The translations under genes and the position numbers were made by a program. The notes beneath the pieces are model-generated. The model saw nothing but the letters and a program-made list of their open reading frames with translations, was not told where the DNA came from and did not search any database. DNA of 64,000 nucleotides, taken from IMG/VR virus record IMGVR_UViG_3300030019_000030. One strand, given 5' to 3'. Below, piece after piece: positions 18,185-28,948 of the stretch. Each line of letters starts with the position of its first letter. The first letter of the stretch is position 1. This DNA comes from a virus.

Positions 18185-19525
18185 TTATTTAACTCCGATT
18201 AAAGCATCATTTTCCATAGTTAAAAAATTTGTATTAAAATCAAATCTTACTTGTTCTTCATGATGTTCTCCATCTCTCAATTTTAATATTTTAAGCCTAT
18301 AAATATTATTTCTTTTCATTTCTGGATTCCTAATAATACCCCAAACAGAATCAGCGGTATCTGCAATTGCCTTACTTTCAGGAATAGCAGCAAGATTAAT
18401 ATCTGATGCACCCCAAACACTTTTATCTGTTTGAGTTGCTGTTATAACTGCACATTCATATTTATCAGCAATTCGTCTTAATCCTTCAGCTAAATGTTTA
18501 CCTTTTAAATATAACATATTTGAGATATCAAATCCTTTTTCAATTGACATAATATTTATATAATCTACAATTACCATCCCAACTTTAATTCTTTTAACTT
18601 CTTCAAATTTTTTAATATAATTGTCAATATCAGTAACAGTACAATCACTAGTATTATATTTTTTTACATATATTTTACCAGGTTGTGAATCAAATAATCC
18701 ACCAACTGTTGATTGTGATTTGATATTGTTCAATTTGTGCTTCATATAAGTTGAATCTTTTGATTTCTCATCATATTCATCTACATTTATTTTAAGCCTC
18801 ATTGAACCTAACCTTTTCATTACTTTCCTTGTTGCCATTTCTAATGTAATAAGTAGAACATTAGCTCCAGCATTTGCTGCGTTAGTTGCTATATTATGTA
18901 GCCACATTGATTTTCCAACATTGGTTTCTCCCATTATAACATTAAATGTAGATTTACTCCATCCTCCACCTAATATATTATCTATACTTGGCCAACCTGA
19001 TGGAATACAATTCTTTGAAATCATTTGTTTATGAGATTCAGGATCATCAAAATCTGAACCTAAATCATTATCATCATCATCTACCATAAGTACATTTGAA
19101 AACATGCCTTTCATTTTTTGAGCTATTTCAAGAGCATTATCATAATTAACTTCTTCAATTCCTCTAACCATATCAATACTTTTTAGTACGTCACCTTTTA
19201 ATTGGTTTTGAATTTTCCATCCTTTAAACATAGGAAGTAACCATTCAGGACTGAAATCACTGTTATCAGATTGAAGAAGTAATTTTATAACTTTATCATT
19301 TATTTTGTTATCAGAATCAGCAAGTTTAACCATTGAATAAATTTGTTGAGAACTTGGTACAGTATGACTTTCACTTTTAATATATTCTTCTCTTATTACA
19401 GTGTAAATAAATTGTATATCAGAATTTCTAAAGAAAAAAGGATCTACTTTGGAAAATTGGTCAGGATTGTCCAATATGTGAACAAAGTAATGTTTTTCCA
19501 TGTTTGTGTTTGTTGTATCTGCCAT
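18185..19525 (-). CDS. dnaB: Replicative DNA helicase (DnaB/T4 gp41-like)
   Basis: GETNVGKS Walker A, IVDYINIM Walker B, ITATQT, ESKAIADTAD, KLRDG. Confidence 0.92.
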   Translation of the reverse strand: MADTTNTNMEKHYFVHILDNPDQFSKVDPFFFRNSDIQFIYTVIREEYIKSESHTVPSSQQIYSMVKLADSDNKINDKVIKLLLQSDNSDFSPEWLLPMFKGWKIQNQLKGDVLKSIDMVRGIEEVNYDNALEIAQKMKGMFSNVLMVDDDDNDLGSDFDDPESHKQMISKNCIPSGWPSIDNILGGGWSKSTFNVIMGETNVGKSMWLHNIATNAANAGANVLLITLEMATRKVMKRLGSMRLKINVDEYDEKSKDSTYMKHKLNNIKSQSTVGGLFDSQPGKIYVKKYNTSDCTVTDIDNYIKKFEEVKRIKVGMVIVDYINIMSIEKGFDISNMLYLKGKHLAEGLRRIADKYECAVITATQTDKSVWGASDINLAAIPESKAIADTADSVWGIIRNPEMKRNNIYRLKILKLRDGEHHEEQVRFDFNTNFLTMENDALIGVK

Positions 19526-19592
19526 ATAAAAGTATTATATAAAAATTGTATTATTGTTTATTTATTATCTATTATTTAATTATTATTTGTAT

Positions 19593-20837
19593 TTAAACAA
19601 ATAATTTATCATCAGAATCAAGATCAAATTCTTCTGAAGTTAGCATATCTTTATCTTCAATTTCATTCAATCTTTCATCAATTTCTTCTAATTCTTTCAT
19701 ACATTCTTCATATGAAGGATATTTGAAATAATCAAAAATAATTGGATCCATTTTTTCTAATACTTCTTGAGTAAATACTTTTCTATTGAATAATTGTGTT
19801 GCGGCAACTGATTTATCCAAATGTTTAACATACCATCTATTTGTTGGCTGATAAGTTATTTCGCCTGTTTCTTTATTTAATACTGGTTTAACTTTTGCTA
19901 TACCAATCTTACTGAAATTTTCAGGAGTACAAAACAAATCCAATCCTTTAAATGGATTAATACCTTTTGTGTGATCAATTTCAAATTTAACCTTTTTTGG
20001 TTTAGCCAATCTATTTTTTCCGGCTTTTGCTGTAATCACAGAGCCAGAACGACCAAGATCCATCTCATCTTCTTCACCAGTTTTCAACTTTGCATCACTT
20101 AAAAATACAATACTACTAGCAGCATAATATAAACCTTCTCCACCTGACATGATTGTTTGAGGAAACATATCTTGAGTTAAATAAACGTGATTAGTTGCTA
20201 CCAATGGAATTCCTAAAAAACCTAAATCATTTGTGATAAGTCTAACAAGAGATTTGATTTGTTTTGCACGTGTCATATCTTGTTTAATATCTAATTTAAG
20301 AGTATCAGCTTTTTCTTTTTCTGAAGATAACATACCAATTGAATCTAAAAAGAAAATTGTTTTTGAAACATCCATTCCTTTTTCCTTAAGTTTTGTCATA
20401 TCATCTAACATTGATGTCATAAACATTTTGATTTTTTCAACAATATTAGTTCTAATTAACATAAATTTATTTGAATCAGATGTATCAATACCATACATAT
20501 CGAAATCAGATTTTTCAATAGAAAACTCAGTATCAATCCATACAATATTATATCCTATTTTTTGCGCATTTCTAGCAATGTTAAGAGAAAGAAAAGATTT
20601 ACCTGTTTGCTTTGGTCCAGCCAAAAGAGTTATTCTATTATTAGATATTCCACCATGTAAAATACTTTTAGATAAAAGAGCATCTAAAATATAAACACCA
20701 GTTGAAATAAAACTTTTTTCCTTTTCAAAATCCTCAATTGATATAATCTCTTTTTTTGACATAGTATCTATCAATCCAGAAATGTTAGAAAAATTAAAAC
20801 TATTTTTTTGTGAAGTTTGTGTGGTTTTTTTTGCCAT
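19593..20837 (-). CDS. recA: RecA/UvsX-like recombinase
   Basis: ISTG, AGPKQTGKS, WIDTE, FLDSIGML, TNHVY, SGGEGLYYAAS, KNRL. Confidence 0.92.
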   Translation of the reverse strand: MAKKTTQTSQKNSFNFSNISGLIDTMSKKEIISIEDFEKEKSFISTGVYILDALLSKSILHGGISNNRITLLAGPKQTGKSFLSLNIARNAQKIGYNIVWIDTEFSIEKSDFDMYGIDTSDSNKFMLIRTNIVEKIKMFMTSMLDDMTKLKEKGMDVSKTIFFLDSIGMLSSEKEKADTLKLDIKQDMTRAKQIKSLVRLITNDLGFLGIPLVATNHVYLTQDMFPQTIMSGGEGLYYAASSIVFLSDAKLKTGEEDEMDLGRSGSVITAKAGKNRLAKPKKVKFEIDHTKGINPFKGLDLFCTPENFSKIGIAKVKPVLNKETGEITYQPTNRWYVKHLDKSVAATQLFNRKVFTQEVLEKMDPIIFDYFKYPSYEECMKELEEIDERLNEIEDKDMLTSEEFDLDSDDKLFV

Positions 20838-21088
20838 CTTTAATTTAATTATTTTTTATTATAACAATCAGATATTATATGAAACAGTACATAAAAAGTT
20901 TTCATAATATTATTAGTTTCACAAATAAGATTGATATAATTACATACGTTGTATAATTAGTTTAAATACTAATATATGTATTAATTTTATACACAAAATC
21001 GACAAAAGTTTTAAATATATTAGTATATTATTTTTGAATCGAACCTATTCAAAAATATATATAATTCAAAATTAATATTATAAGATTT

Positions 21089-21490
21089 ATGGAATTCTAC
21101 ATAGTGTTCGTGAAAAACCGAAAAAAACTTGATAAATATATAAAAATAAATAAAATTCGTAACAAAACTATAATAGATATCAGACAACAATTGGATGATC
21201 ATGGTTTAGAGGATGTAAACGAATGGAAAGAATATTTTAATCTTATAATTTATACTAAGATATCTCAAACAATAAGAAAAAATAAAGATGTATATTATAT
21301 ACCAAATTTACACAAAATTAATACATTAGAAATTGATGATATATTTCAAATAAAAGAAAATTTAATAGGAAAAATAAATTTTAACTTATTATTTTTTTAT
21401 GAAGATTTCAAAGACAATCAAAAACTATTTGATGATTTACTATCAAGCATTTCTTTATTTGACTCAATTCAAATAATTAGAGATTATTAA
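21089..21490 (+). CDS. Hypothetical protein
   Basis: ORF with typical codon bias. Confidence 0.7.
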   Translation: MEFYIVFVKNRKKLDKYIKINKIRNKTIIDIRQQLDDHGLEDVNEWKEYFNLIIYTKISQTIRKNKDVYYIPNLHKINTLEIDDIFQIKENLIGKINFNLLFFYEDFKDNQKLFDDLLSSISLFDSIQIIRDY

Positions 21491-21539
21491 TATTCAGCAG
21501 AAGTTTTTTTTATATATAAGATAAATTATATAAATAAAA

Positions 21540-23570
21540 ATGGCGCATTATTCTGAAATGGATTTTTTATTTGACAGTGAAACAAATAGAAATTCAATCA
21601 CACAGCAGTTAAATAATACAAGTGTTGGAAATACTCATAGCATTTTTAATTCTAAATATACGGTATATAAAAAGAATGATAAAAGTGTTCTTGTTGCAGG
21701 AACCAATAAAATAAAAGCATATACACAGGAGAATATATATAATAATGAAAATAATAGTATAAATCCTTATGTTAAAATATTAAAAGATCCTACATTTAAT
21801 ACACTTGCACCTAAACCAGGAGCAGGATTAAGATTGAAACCATCATATTTTGCTTATCTACGTGATTTAGGAGTATATCCTATTAATAGAATGGCTATTC
21901 TTAGAAGATATCCAGAAGGAGTTTTTGTACCTGAAAATTTGGGACTTATGAACGCTGAACCAGTATCTACTATAATTGGATGGATTAAGCAAGATGATAA
22001 TTTTGGAACCATAAATTTCAATGAAACTTGGGGAATTACAAACAAAAGATTTGATGAAAAAATAGCGGACATTGTTAAAAAAGTAACAAAAGTTGATATC
22101 GCTAACATTATACCTATACCAAGTTTTGCTCAAGGAATGTTATTTGAGATATACAAAAAAATGGGATTGACAGGAGCAGGAGTGAATGAGGAGGCTGATA
22201 ATGGCTCACCAAATTATTGGGGACTTAATAATATACCAATAGGGGATCCTAATGTATTAAAAGAAGGACCTTTCAGAGACCCAGAAACACAAAACATAAA
22301 ATCATCTTTCAGTTTTGAGCTAATTACTGTATATGAGCAAAAATTGGTAGGTGAAGTTGATCCAGGTTCAGCAATGTTAGATATATTAGATAATATATAT
22401 GCAATGGGCACATCAAATATGTCATTCTATTGGAGCGATTCATCAAAAATAATGCAAAAGGCAAAAGGTGCTGTAGATAAAAGAGGAAATAATTTAAGTG
22501 AATGGTGGGATTTAGTAGTGACAATAACAGAAAGTTTTTGGGAAACATTGAAAACATTATTCACAGAATTCACAACAGAAGCAACAGTGGCAGCAAAAAC
22601 TTTATTAACAACAGAATCGACAAAAGATAAAAAAACTCAAGCAGAAAATGAAGCAGCCACAAAAAAAAGTCAAGAAAATCGAGCAAAATATGTAGGATGG
22701 AAAGATAATGCATCTTCGAATAGAAACAAATATAAGAAAGGTACTCCAGACTATTTAAAATGGGACAAAAAATATAATGATGATGTTGAAGCAATTAAAA
22801 AAATAGACAATGAAGGAAAAACAGATCCATTATCTGCAGCAAAACAAAGTGTCGAGACTAATAGTGCAACAGCTAAAGTTGCAGCATCTTCGTTATTGAC
22901 TAAAATTGTTGGAGAAGGATTAAAAATAATTCAAACAATATTAACTAGTACTGTTGCAATTCACAGATTTGAACTTAGAGGGTCAATAGAATTGATGACT
23001 GGAGGTCAAGATAGTGCTGCGCCTTGGCATTTAACAATAGGAAATCCATATTCCCCTTGGTTAAATACAAGTCACATAATAGTAAAAACATGTTCAGTTG
23101 AAACAAGCAATGAAATGGGATTCAATGATATGCCTCAAAGATTAACTGCAAAATTTCAATGCGAATTTTCTAGATCATTAGGTAAACAAGAATTAATGAG
23201 AATGTTTAATAATACATACAGAAGAGAATATTCATCAATTCCAACAACTCCAATTCAATATCAAGGAGAAGTCAAGCCAGAGGCTGATAAAATATATGAT
23301 GGAGGTAGTCTACCAGAAATAGTTGTAACACCAGATACTAATATGCCTGGTAACACTTCGGTATTAGACCCATCAATAGAAAATTATATGCACAGTAAGG
23401 ATGGAAATTGGTACACATACAAACAAAGAAAGGCAATGGCTGCAAAAGCAGGAATTCAAAACTATAGAGGAACTGCTGAGCAAAATACTCAATGGTTAGA
23501 CTCTCTTAGGGCACAAGATAATGCTAATGGATTCGTTGATAAAGTTCAAAGTAATGATAACATAACTTAA
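21540..23570 (+). CDS. Putative tail/baseplate protein with C-terminal cell-wall-binding-like motif
   Basis: First gene of the baseplate cluster; C-terminal RKAMAAKAGIQNYRGTAEQNTQWL. Confidence 0.55.
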   Translation: MAHYSEMDFLFDSETNRNSITQQLNNTSVGNTHSIFNSKYTVYKKNDKSVLVAGTNKIKAYTQENIYNNENNSINPYVKILKDPTFNTLAPKPGAGLRLKPSYFAYLRDLGVYPINRMAILRRYPEGVFVPENLGLMNAEPVSTIIGWIKQDDNFGTINFNETWGITNKRFDEKIADIVKKVTKVDIANIIPIPSFAQGMLFEIYKKMGLTGAGVNEEADNGSPNYWGLNNIPIGDPNVLKEGPFRDPETQNIKSSFSFELITVYEQKLVGEVDPGSAMLDILDNIYAMGTSNMSFYWSDSSKIMQKAKGAVDKRGNNLSEWWDLVVTITESFWETLKTLFTEFTTEATVAAKTLLTTESTKDKKTQAENEAATKKSQENRAKYVGWKDNASSNRNKYKKGTPDYLKWDKKYNDDVEAIKKIDNEGKTDPLSAAKQSVETNSATAKVAASSLLTKIVGEGLKIIQTILTSTVAIHRFELRGSIELMTGGQDSAAPWHLTIGNPYSPWLNTSHIIVKTCSVETSNEMGFNDMPQRLTAKFQCEFSRSLGKQELMRMFNNTYRREYSSIPTTPIQYQGEVKPEADKIYDGGSLPEIVVTPDTNMPGNTSVLDPSIENYMHSKDGNWYTYKQRKAMAAKAGIQNYRGTAEQNTQWLDSLRAQDNANGFVDKVQSNDNIT

Positions 23571-23583
23571 AATAATAATTAAT

Positions 23584-24069
23584 ATGAAAATACTATCATT
23601 TGATAATAACGGAAATTATAGAATAAAAAGAGACTCTGATCAAAATAATCTTTTTGATATATTTCAAAAAAACATAGTCAATAATCTATCAATAGGCAAA
23701 AGAATATATATTGTACCTAGAGAATATGAAATGAGATTAGATAGAATATCTGAGCATCTATATGGATCTTCTGATTATGTAGAAGAGTTAATGATTCTAA
23801 ATGATTTGATAAGTCCGTATTCTGTCAAAGAAGGACAATATATATATTTTTGTCAATATGAGGATTTGGTACAATTATACACAACAGATGAGATACCAAC
23901 TCAGCAAGACAAGGCAAGACAAGCATTAATAAACTCTATTCAAACAGATAGAAACAAAAAGAATTTATTTAATGATGCTAATTTACCAATATCAATAAAA
24001 CCTACAATATTAAAGCAAGTTAGTGTAACAAATGACAACAAAATAAAAATAATAAATACCTTTGAATAA
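23584..24069 (+). CDS. Baseplate wedge protein (gp53/LysM-like)
   Basis: RLDRISEHLYGSSDYVEELMILNDLISPYSVKEGQYI. Confidence 0.65.
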   Translation: MKILSFDNNGNYRIKRDSDQNNLFDIFQKNIVNNLSIGKRIYIVPREYEMRLDRISEHLYGSSDYVEELMILNDLISPYSVKEGQYIYFCQYEDLVQLYTTDEIPTQQDKARQALINSIQTDRNKKNLFNDANLPISIKPTILKQVSVTNDNKIKIINTFE

Positions 24070-24083
24070 AAAAATATTAAAAT

Positions 24084-25547
24084 ATGATACAAGTTATTGA
24101 AAAAGCTAAAATAAAAACAAAAGAATTGAATTTTCAATTATACGACAAAGCAGCAACAGATGTTTTTGTTCAATCTCTTGATTATGTGCCTCTTGTATTT
24201 ATTAGTAAATTATTTGATACTAGTAATCCTCCACTAAATGGGACAACAATAGATCCAAGTGATATAATATCACTAAAATTATTCAATGATAAATTCTTAC
24301 CGTCAGTAGAATTATTTTGTGAGGATTCTCTTGGTGTCATATTCACAGATTTCTATCCTTTTGATCATGATACAATAATAAGTGTATTTGTGAAATCTAG
24401 TTCGGAGCAGTTAATGCCATTAAGAATGGATTTTAGGTTAACAGAATTACAAACAATAAAATCTGATCCTGAATCTCATGGATTACAATTTTTAATAAAA
24501 GGAATATTAGATGTAGATGATTTGCAATATTCAAATTATGAATCAATAAACGCTACTAGTTATCAAGCAATAAAACAATTAGCTCTTAGAATGAATTTAG
24601 GATTTGCATCAAACATTGATGATAGTGCGGATTCAATGAAATGGATAAATCCAAGTGACGTCAATCAAGTATTCATAAAAGATATAACAAAATATTCTTA
24701 TGTTTCAGACCAATCTTTTGTTTGGACATTTATTGATTTTTATTACAACTTGAATTACGTTGATGTTCAAGCAGAATTAAATAGTGTATTAAAAGATGAA
24801 TCTCATAGTTTAGCAAATCCTCAATTAGAAAAAGTTCCACAAGAAAAAAATGTACTTTTATATTTGAGTAATAATGATGCTCTCAAAGGAACAAATCAAT
24901 ACTTTAGTAAATTTAATATTATGAATCAATCATATAGTATAAATTTAGAATTATGCTATCAAACATATTCGACTTGGTACACAAAAAATTCCAACACTGT
25001 AACAAAGAAACTAATAACAGATTTAGAAACAGATGAAAATAAAGTAGGAAGTAAATTAAAAATATTAAAAGATAAGCAATCACAAATATTCAATAATAAT
25101 GTAAATGATGAATATTTCATTGGTAAAATGGATGATGAAAATGTTCATGAAAATTATAACTATGCTAAATTATCAAATGAATACAATCTAATTTCAATGG
25201 AAAGAATGAAATTAGTTCTAACATTAGATGTTATAAATTTTTCAATAAAAAGATTTCAAAATATTAAAGTAGAAGTTTTTAATATTAATGATTTATTTTC
25301 AAATAATGCGAACACAAAAAAACCATTAAATAACATAAACAATAAACTATCTGGATTTTGGTATGTAACAGGAATAAATTACATATTTAAATACGAAGAA
25401 GGAGTAGAGCAAGAGATTACACTAATGAGAAGAGATCTTAATATAGATTATGGAAATGGAAACAATGAACAACACGATTTATCTGCAGCAGCTACATCAA
25501 ATAATGCAGGAGGAACAACTGTCAGCACAGGACCAAAAACAAAATAA
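24084..25547 (+). CDS. Putative baseplate hub protein
   Basis: Position before the gp5-like gene; C-terminal LSGFWYVTGINYIF...QEITLMRR beta-barrel pattern typical of hub proteins. Confidence 0.55.
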   Translation: MIQVIEKAKIKTKELNFQLYDKAATDVFVQSLDYVPLVFISKLFDTSNPPLNGTTIDPSDIISLKLFNDKFLPSVELFCEDSLGVIFTDFYPFDHDTIISVFVKSSSEQLMPLRMDFRLTELQTIKSDPESHGLQFLIKGILDVDDLQYSNYESINATSYQAIKQLALRMNLGFASNIDDSADSMKWINPSDVNQVFIKDITKYSYVSDQSFVWTFIDFYYNLNYVDVQAELNSVLKDESHSLANPQLEKVPQEKNVLLYLSNNDALKGTNQYFSKFNIMNQSYSINLELCYQTYSTWYTKNSNTVTKKLITDLETDENKVGSKLKILKDKQSQIFNNNVNDEYFIGKMDDENVHENYNYAKLSNEYNLISMERMKLVLTLDVINFSIKRFQNIKVEVFNINDLFSNNANTKKPLNNINNKLSGFWYVTGINYIFKYEEGVEQEITLMRRDLNIDYGNGNNEQHDLSAAATSNNAGGTTVSTGPKTK

Positions 25548-25556
25548 TAATGAAAT

Positions 25557-27029
25557 ATGAGTATAGTTGGAATGATAACAAGTGAAATTTTAGGTAATAT
25601 TAATGATACCAGTAGTAACAGTGCAAAATACATTAAAGGGTATTCTGATCAATCTGCATTAGGACAATTATCTAATAGTATGATAGGCAATTCCTTAGGA
25701 TTAACTCAAGGACAAACTGATGCATATGATCCTAATCACATATCAGATGCAAAGCAAGAAGAATTTTGGTATACATCTGATGATACAACTAAAAGTTTTG
25801 GTAGAGACGTACAAAAAAAATATGATTCTGATACTAACACATTCAAAAGATCATTAAATATAAAAGATGATGATTTCTATTATGAAGATCCACTTATACC
25901 ATCGTTTGAATTATTCTTTGAACAAAATTCTCCATTCTTTGTGGAAAATTATTCAATTGAGAATAGTTTTTCATCTTTTATAAATAAATACACTAGCATA
26001 AGTTCAACAGATTACACAAATAGATTTAAACTTTGGCAAGAATTTAGAAACACATTTTTTAAAATATTCGAAAATACATTAAACGGTAAATCGAACAGAA
26101 ACATATCGGCCAAATCATATTATATAACAAAAATTGACGGAATTAATAATTTAAATAATAAAATGACTAAATATGGAGAAGATAAAATTACAATAACACT
26201 AAATGAAGATGTGTCTATGATAGGCTGGTATTTAGCTGAATTATATAATACTATGATTTATAGTTATAAGAATAAACGACACATGTTTCCTGAGAATGTT
26301 TTGAGATTTAATATGATGATTCAAATAAATGATATGAGGAATTTTACTATTCCACAAAATAAATCTACATCATCTGATAATACATCAATTAATACTAATA
26401 ATATAAATAATGATGTTAAAAATATTGCATCAAGCAAGTCATCAATAATATATACATTAAATGATTGCAATTTTAATTTTTTTGAGAGTAGAAATTATGG
26501 TGATAGTATAGAAATAGGAGGATATGGCAATGGAGTATCAAATACGCCATCCACAATTTCTTTTGACATTTATTATAAATCAGTAGAAAGATCAAGTAGT
26601 TTTCCATTAATTAAAAATAGTTATACCATTGAACCATATGAAGATATTATAGCATCAAATGGTAAATCTGATAATATTAGCAGTATAATGACTTATACCA
26701 AAGATTTGAAAGACATAGAAAGCAATAGTCCAATTCAATCTAAAGGATTTTTCAATAGTCTAATGACTAAAGCTGAAACAACTATAAGTACAATAGGAAG
26801 CAACTATGTATCAAGTCTTGAAACAAAATTAAGAGAGTCAAGAGGATCAGCAGTAAATGGATTATTAAATCAATTCACTAAACTGACAGGCATAAATAAA
26901 ATAGAGCCTGATAATGTTTATAACTCAGATTTTAACAACAGAACAAGTATAAAAAATCTTGGAAAAGAACTTGCTTCAGGATTATTAACAGATTTGATTG
27001 ATGAAACAAAATCAGCTTTAAATTTTTAA
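25557..27029 (+). CDS. Putative baseplate/tail structural protein
   Basis: Position in the baseplate operon only. Confidence 0.45.
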   Translation: MSIVGMITSEILGNINDTSSNSAKYIKGYSDQSALGQLSNSMIGNSLGLTQGQTDAYDPNHISDAKQEEFWYTSDDTTKSFGRDVQKKYDSDTNTFKRSLNIKDDDFYYEDPLIPSFELFFEQNSPFFVENYSIENSFSSFINKYTSISSTDYTNRFKLWQEFRNTFFKIFENTLNGKSNRNISAKSYYITKIDGINNLNNKMTKYGEDKITITLNEDVSMIGWYLAELYNTMIYSYKNKRHMFPENVLRFNMMIQINDMRNFTIPQNKSTSSDNTSINTNNINNDVKNIASSKSSIIYTLNDCNFNFFESRNYGDSIEIGGYGNGVSNTPSTISFDIYYKSVERSSSFPLIKNSYTIEPYEDIIASNGKSDNISSIMTYTKDLKDIESNSPIQSKGFFNSLMTKAETTISTIGSNYVSSLETKLRESRGSAVNGLLNQFTKLTGINKIEPDNVYNSDFNNRTSIKNLGKELASGLLTDLIDETKSALNF

Positions 27030-27046
27030 ATAAAATAATAAAATAA

Positions 27047-28891
27047 ATGGAATTATTAAGAGATTTTTACGTTGGAATAGTAGAAGAAAATATTGATTCA
27101 GCAAAAAAAGGTAGAATAAAAGTAAGAGTGCAAACATTATATCATGGAATTGATGTTAAAGATATTCCATGGGCTTATCCATTTGGAGATTTAAGTGGAA
27201 AAGAATTTTCTGTTCCAGCAATTGGTAAATTAGTTAATATTCTTTACTTATCAGATGATTTATATTCACCATATTATATATATTCAGAGAATAATAATAT
27301 AAATTTACAAACTAGACTTAACGGGTTAAGTGATGATGAATATACAAGATTCACTGCATTATTATATGATGATAGAACACAAATATATTCAGATGATACA
27401 TCACTATCTCTTGATTATTATTATAATAAACTTTCATTAGAAAGAGATTCTATAAATTTAGAACTTAAAGACAATACTCAAACATTAAATTTAGGATCAA
27501 AAAACGCAGGTCAAGAAGCAGTATTAGGCACAAGATTTTTTGATTGGATGGATAAATTTATAAATGAATTTAGAAGCGTAACATCAATGATTGATAGTAT
27601 TGGAGGACCACTAATAAAGACAAAACTTGATATGATATGTGATGAGTACACAGCGATAAGAGAAGATTTTGTATCAAGAAATGTTAAAATTGTTGATAAT
27701 GGAGCTGTTAGTTCAGCGGAAAGACCATCAGAAACATTTAGTTCAGTAAATGACACTGATTTGATAATGCCAAATGATGCTGATTATGCAAACTTATTAA
27801 ATCGTATAAATATGTTAAACTCCGCTGGATGTGAAGAATTAAAATCAAACACTGCAACAGATTATATACCAACAAGTTCAGAAATGGTTCTTCCATTATT
27901 AGGTGTTAGAGTATCATGTAGATTTGGACCAAGACAACTTAAAGGAGAAGGAGTGACATTTCATGCAGGATTAGATATAGCAGCACCAATAGGAACTGTT
28001 GTGGTAAGTTCATTTGACGGTATTGTAGTATCAGCATCATTTGATAGTCAATATGGAGGAGGAAACACAATTGTAATAAAACACACAAATGGTTTCAAAA
28101 CTGGATATTGTCATTTGAGTAAAATGTTAGTCAATGCAAATTCAATTGTAAAAACAGGAAATCCAATAGGCTTAGTAGGAAACACTGGAGGACACACGAC
28201 AGGACCACATTTACATTTCTCAGTAACTACTCCAGCAAATAAAAAAGTTGATCCCGAATTATATTTTGAATGGCCAGTAAGAAAAGGAGATGCTCAAAAA
28301 GGTTCAAATACAGGAAAAGGAGAATATAAAGGTAGTTCATATTCTGCATCATCATCAAGCATACCATGTGATGTAAACAATAATATATCATTGGAAGATA
28401 TATACGGCTCTCCTATAGTTATTGGTGATTCTGTTAGTGCAGAGTTAGCTAAAAAATCAGCAGATTCATATTTGGGTAGAAAAATGAGTGAAACAGAATG
28501 GAATATGTTAATAAGAGCGGTATACGCAGAAGCATCCCATAATACTGAAGAAAGAGCTTGGTGTATGGCTGTAATGTTAAATAGAGCTAGAACAAAAGGA
28601 GGATCAAATAGTGTATATTCTATATTGACAGCAAAAAATCAATTTCAATCTGTCACTGGAACAAATGCAAATGGACACAGACCAAGTAAAAATTTTACAG
28701 ATGGTCCAAATGCTAAAAATCAAAAAAGTATATTTCAGTCTGCAATTTATATATTATCAAAAGTTCCTAAAAATATAGTAAAATTCACAGCAGCATCATC
28801 AAAAGCGTATGGAGCAGGAACTAATATTGGATATAGAAACAAATTACTTGCAAGTGGTGGAGTAACAATAGGCGGAACAGTATTTGCATAA
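27047..28891 (+). CDS. gp5-like baseplate spike with M23 peptidase and SleB-like cell-wall hydrolase domains
   Basis: N-terminal YVGIVEEN.D...GRIKVRV...PWA..FSVPAIG OB fold; HAGLDI/YCHL/GPHLHF M23 motifs; IRAVYAEA...VMLNR...NQFQSV Hydrolase_2 motif. Confidence 0.85.
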   Translation: MELLRDFYVGIVEENIDSAKKGRIKVRVQTLYHGIDVKDIPWAYPFGDLSGKEFSVPAIGKLVNILYLSDDLYSPYYIYSENNNINLQTRLNGLSDDEYTRFTALLYDDRTQIYSDDTSLSLDYYYNKLSLERDSINLELKDNTQTLNLGSKNAGQEAVLGTRFFDWMDKFINEFRSVTSMIDSIGGPLIKTKLDMICDEYTAIREDFVSRNVKIVDNGAVSSAERPSETFSSVNDTDLIMPNDADYANLLNRINMLNSAGCEELKSNTATDYIPTSSEMVLPLLGVRVSCRFGPRQLKGEGVTFHAGLDIAAPIGTVVVSSFDGIVVSASFDSQYGGGNTIVIKHTNGFKTGYCHLSKMLVNANSIVKTGNPIGLVGNTGGHTTGPHLHFSVTTPANKKVDPELYFEWPVRKGDAQKGSNTGKGEYKGSSYSASSSSIPCDVNNNISLEDIYGSPIVIGDSVSAELAKKSADSYLGRKMSETEWNMLIRAVYAEASHNTEERAWCMAVMLNRARTKGGSNSVYSILTAKNQFQSVTGTNANGHRPSKNFTDGPNAKNQKSIFQSAIYILSKVPKNIVKFTAASSKAYGAGTNIGYRNKLLASGGVTIGGTVFA

Positions 28892-28948
28892 AATCTATAA
28901 AACTTTTTTTATAAATATTTATATAACTCCATAAATAATTTTTTATAA

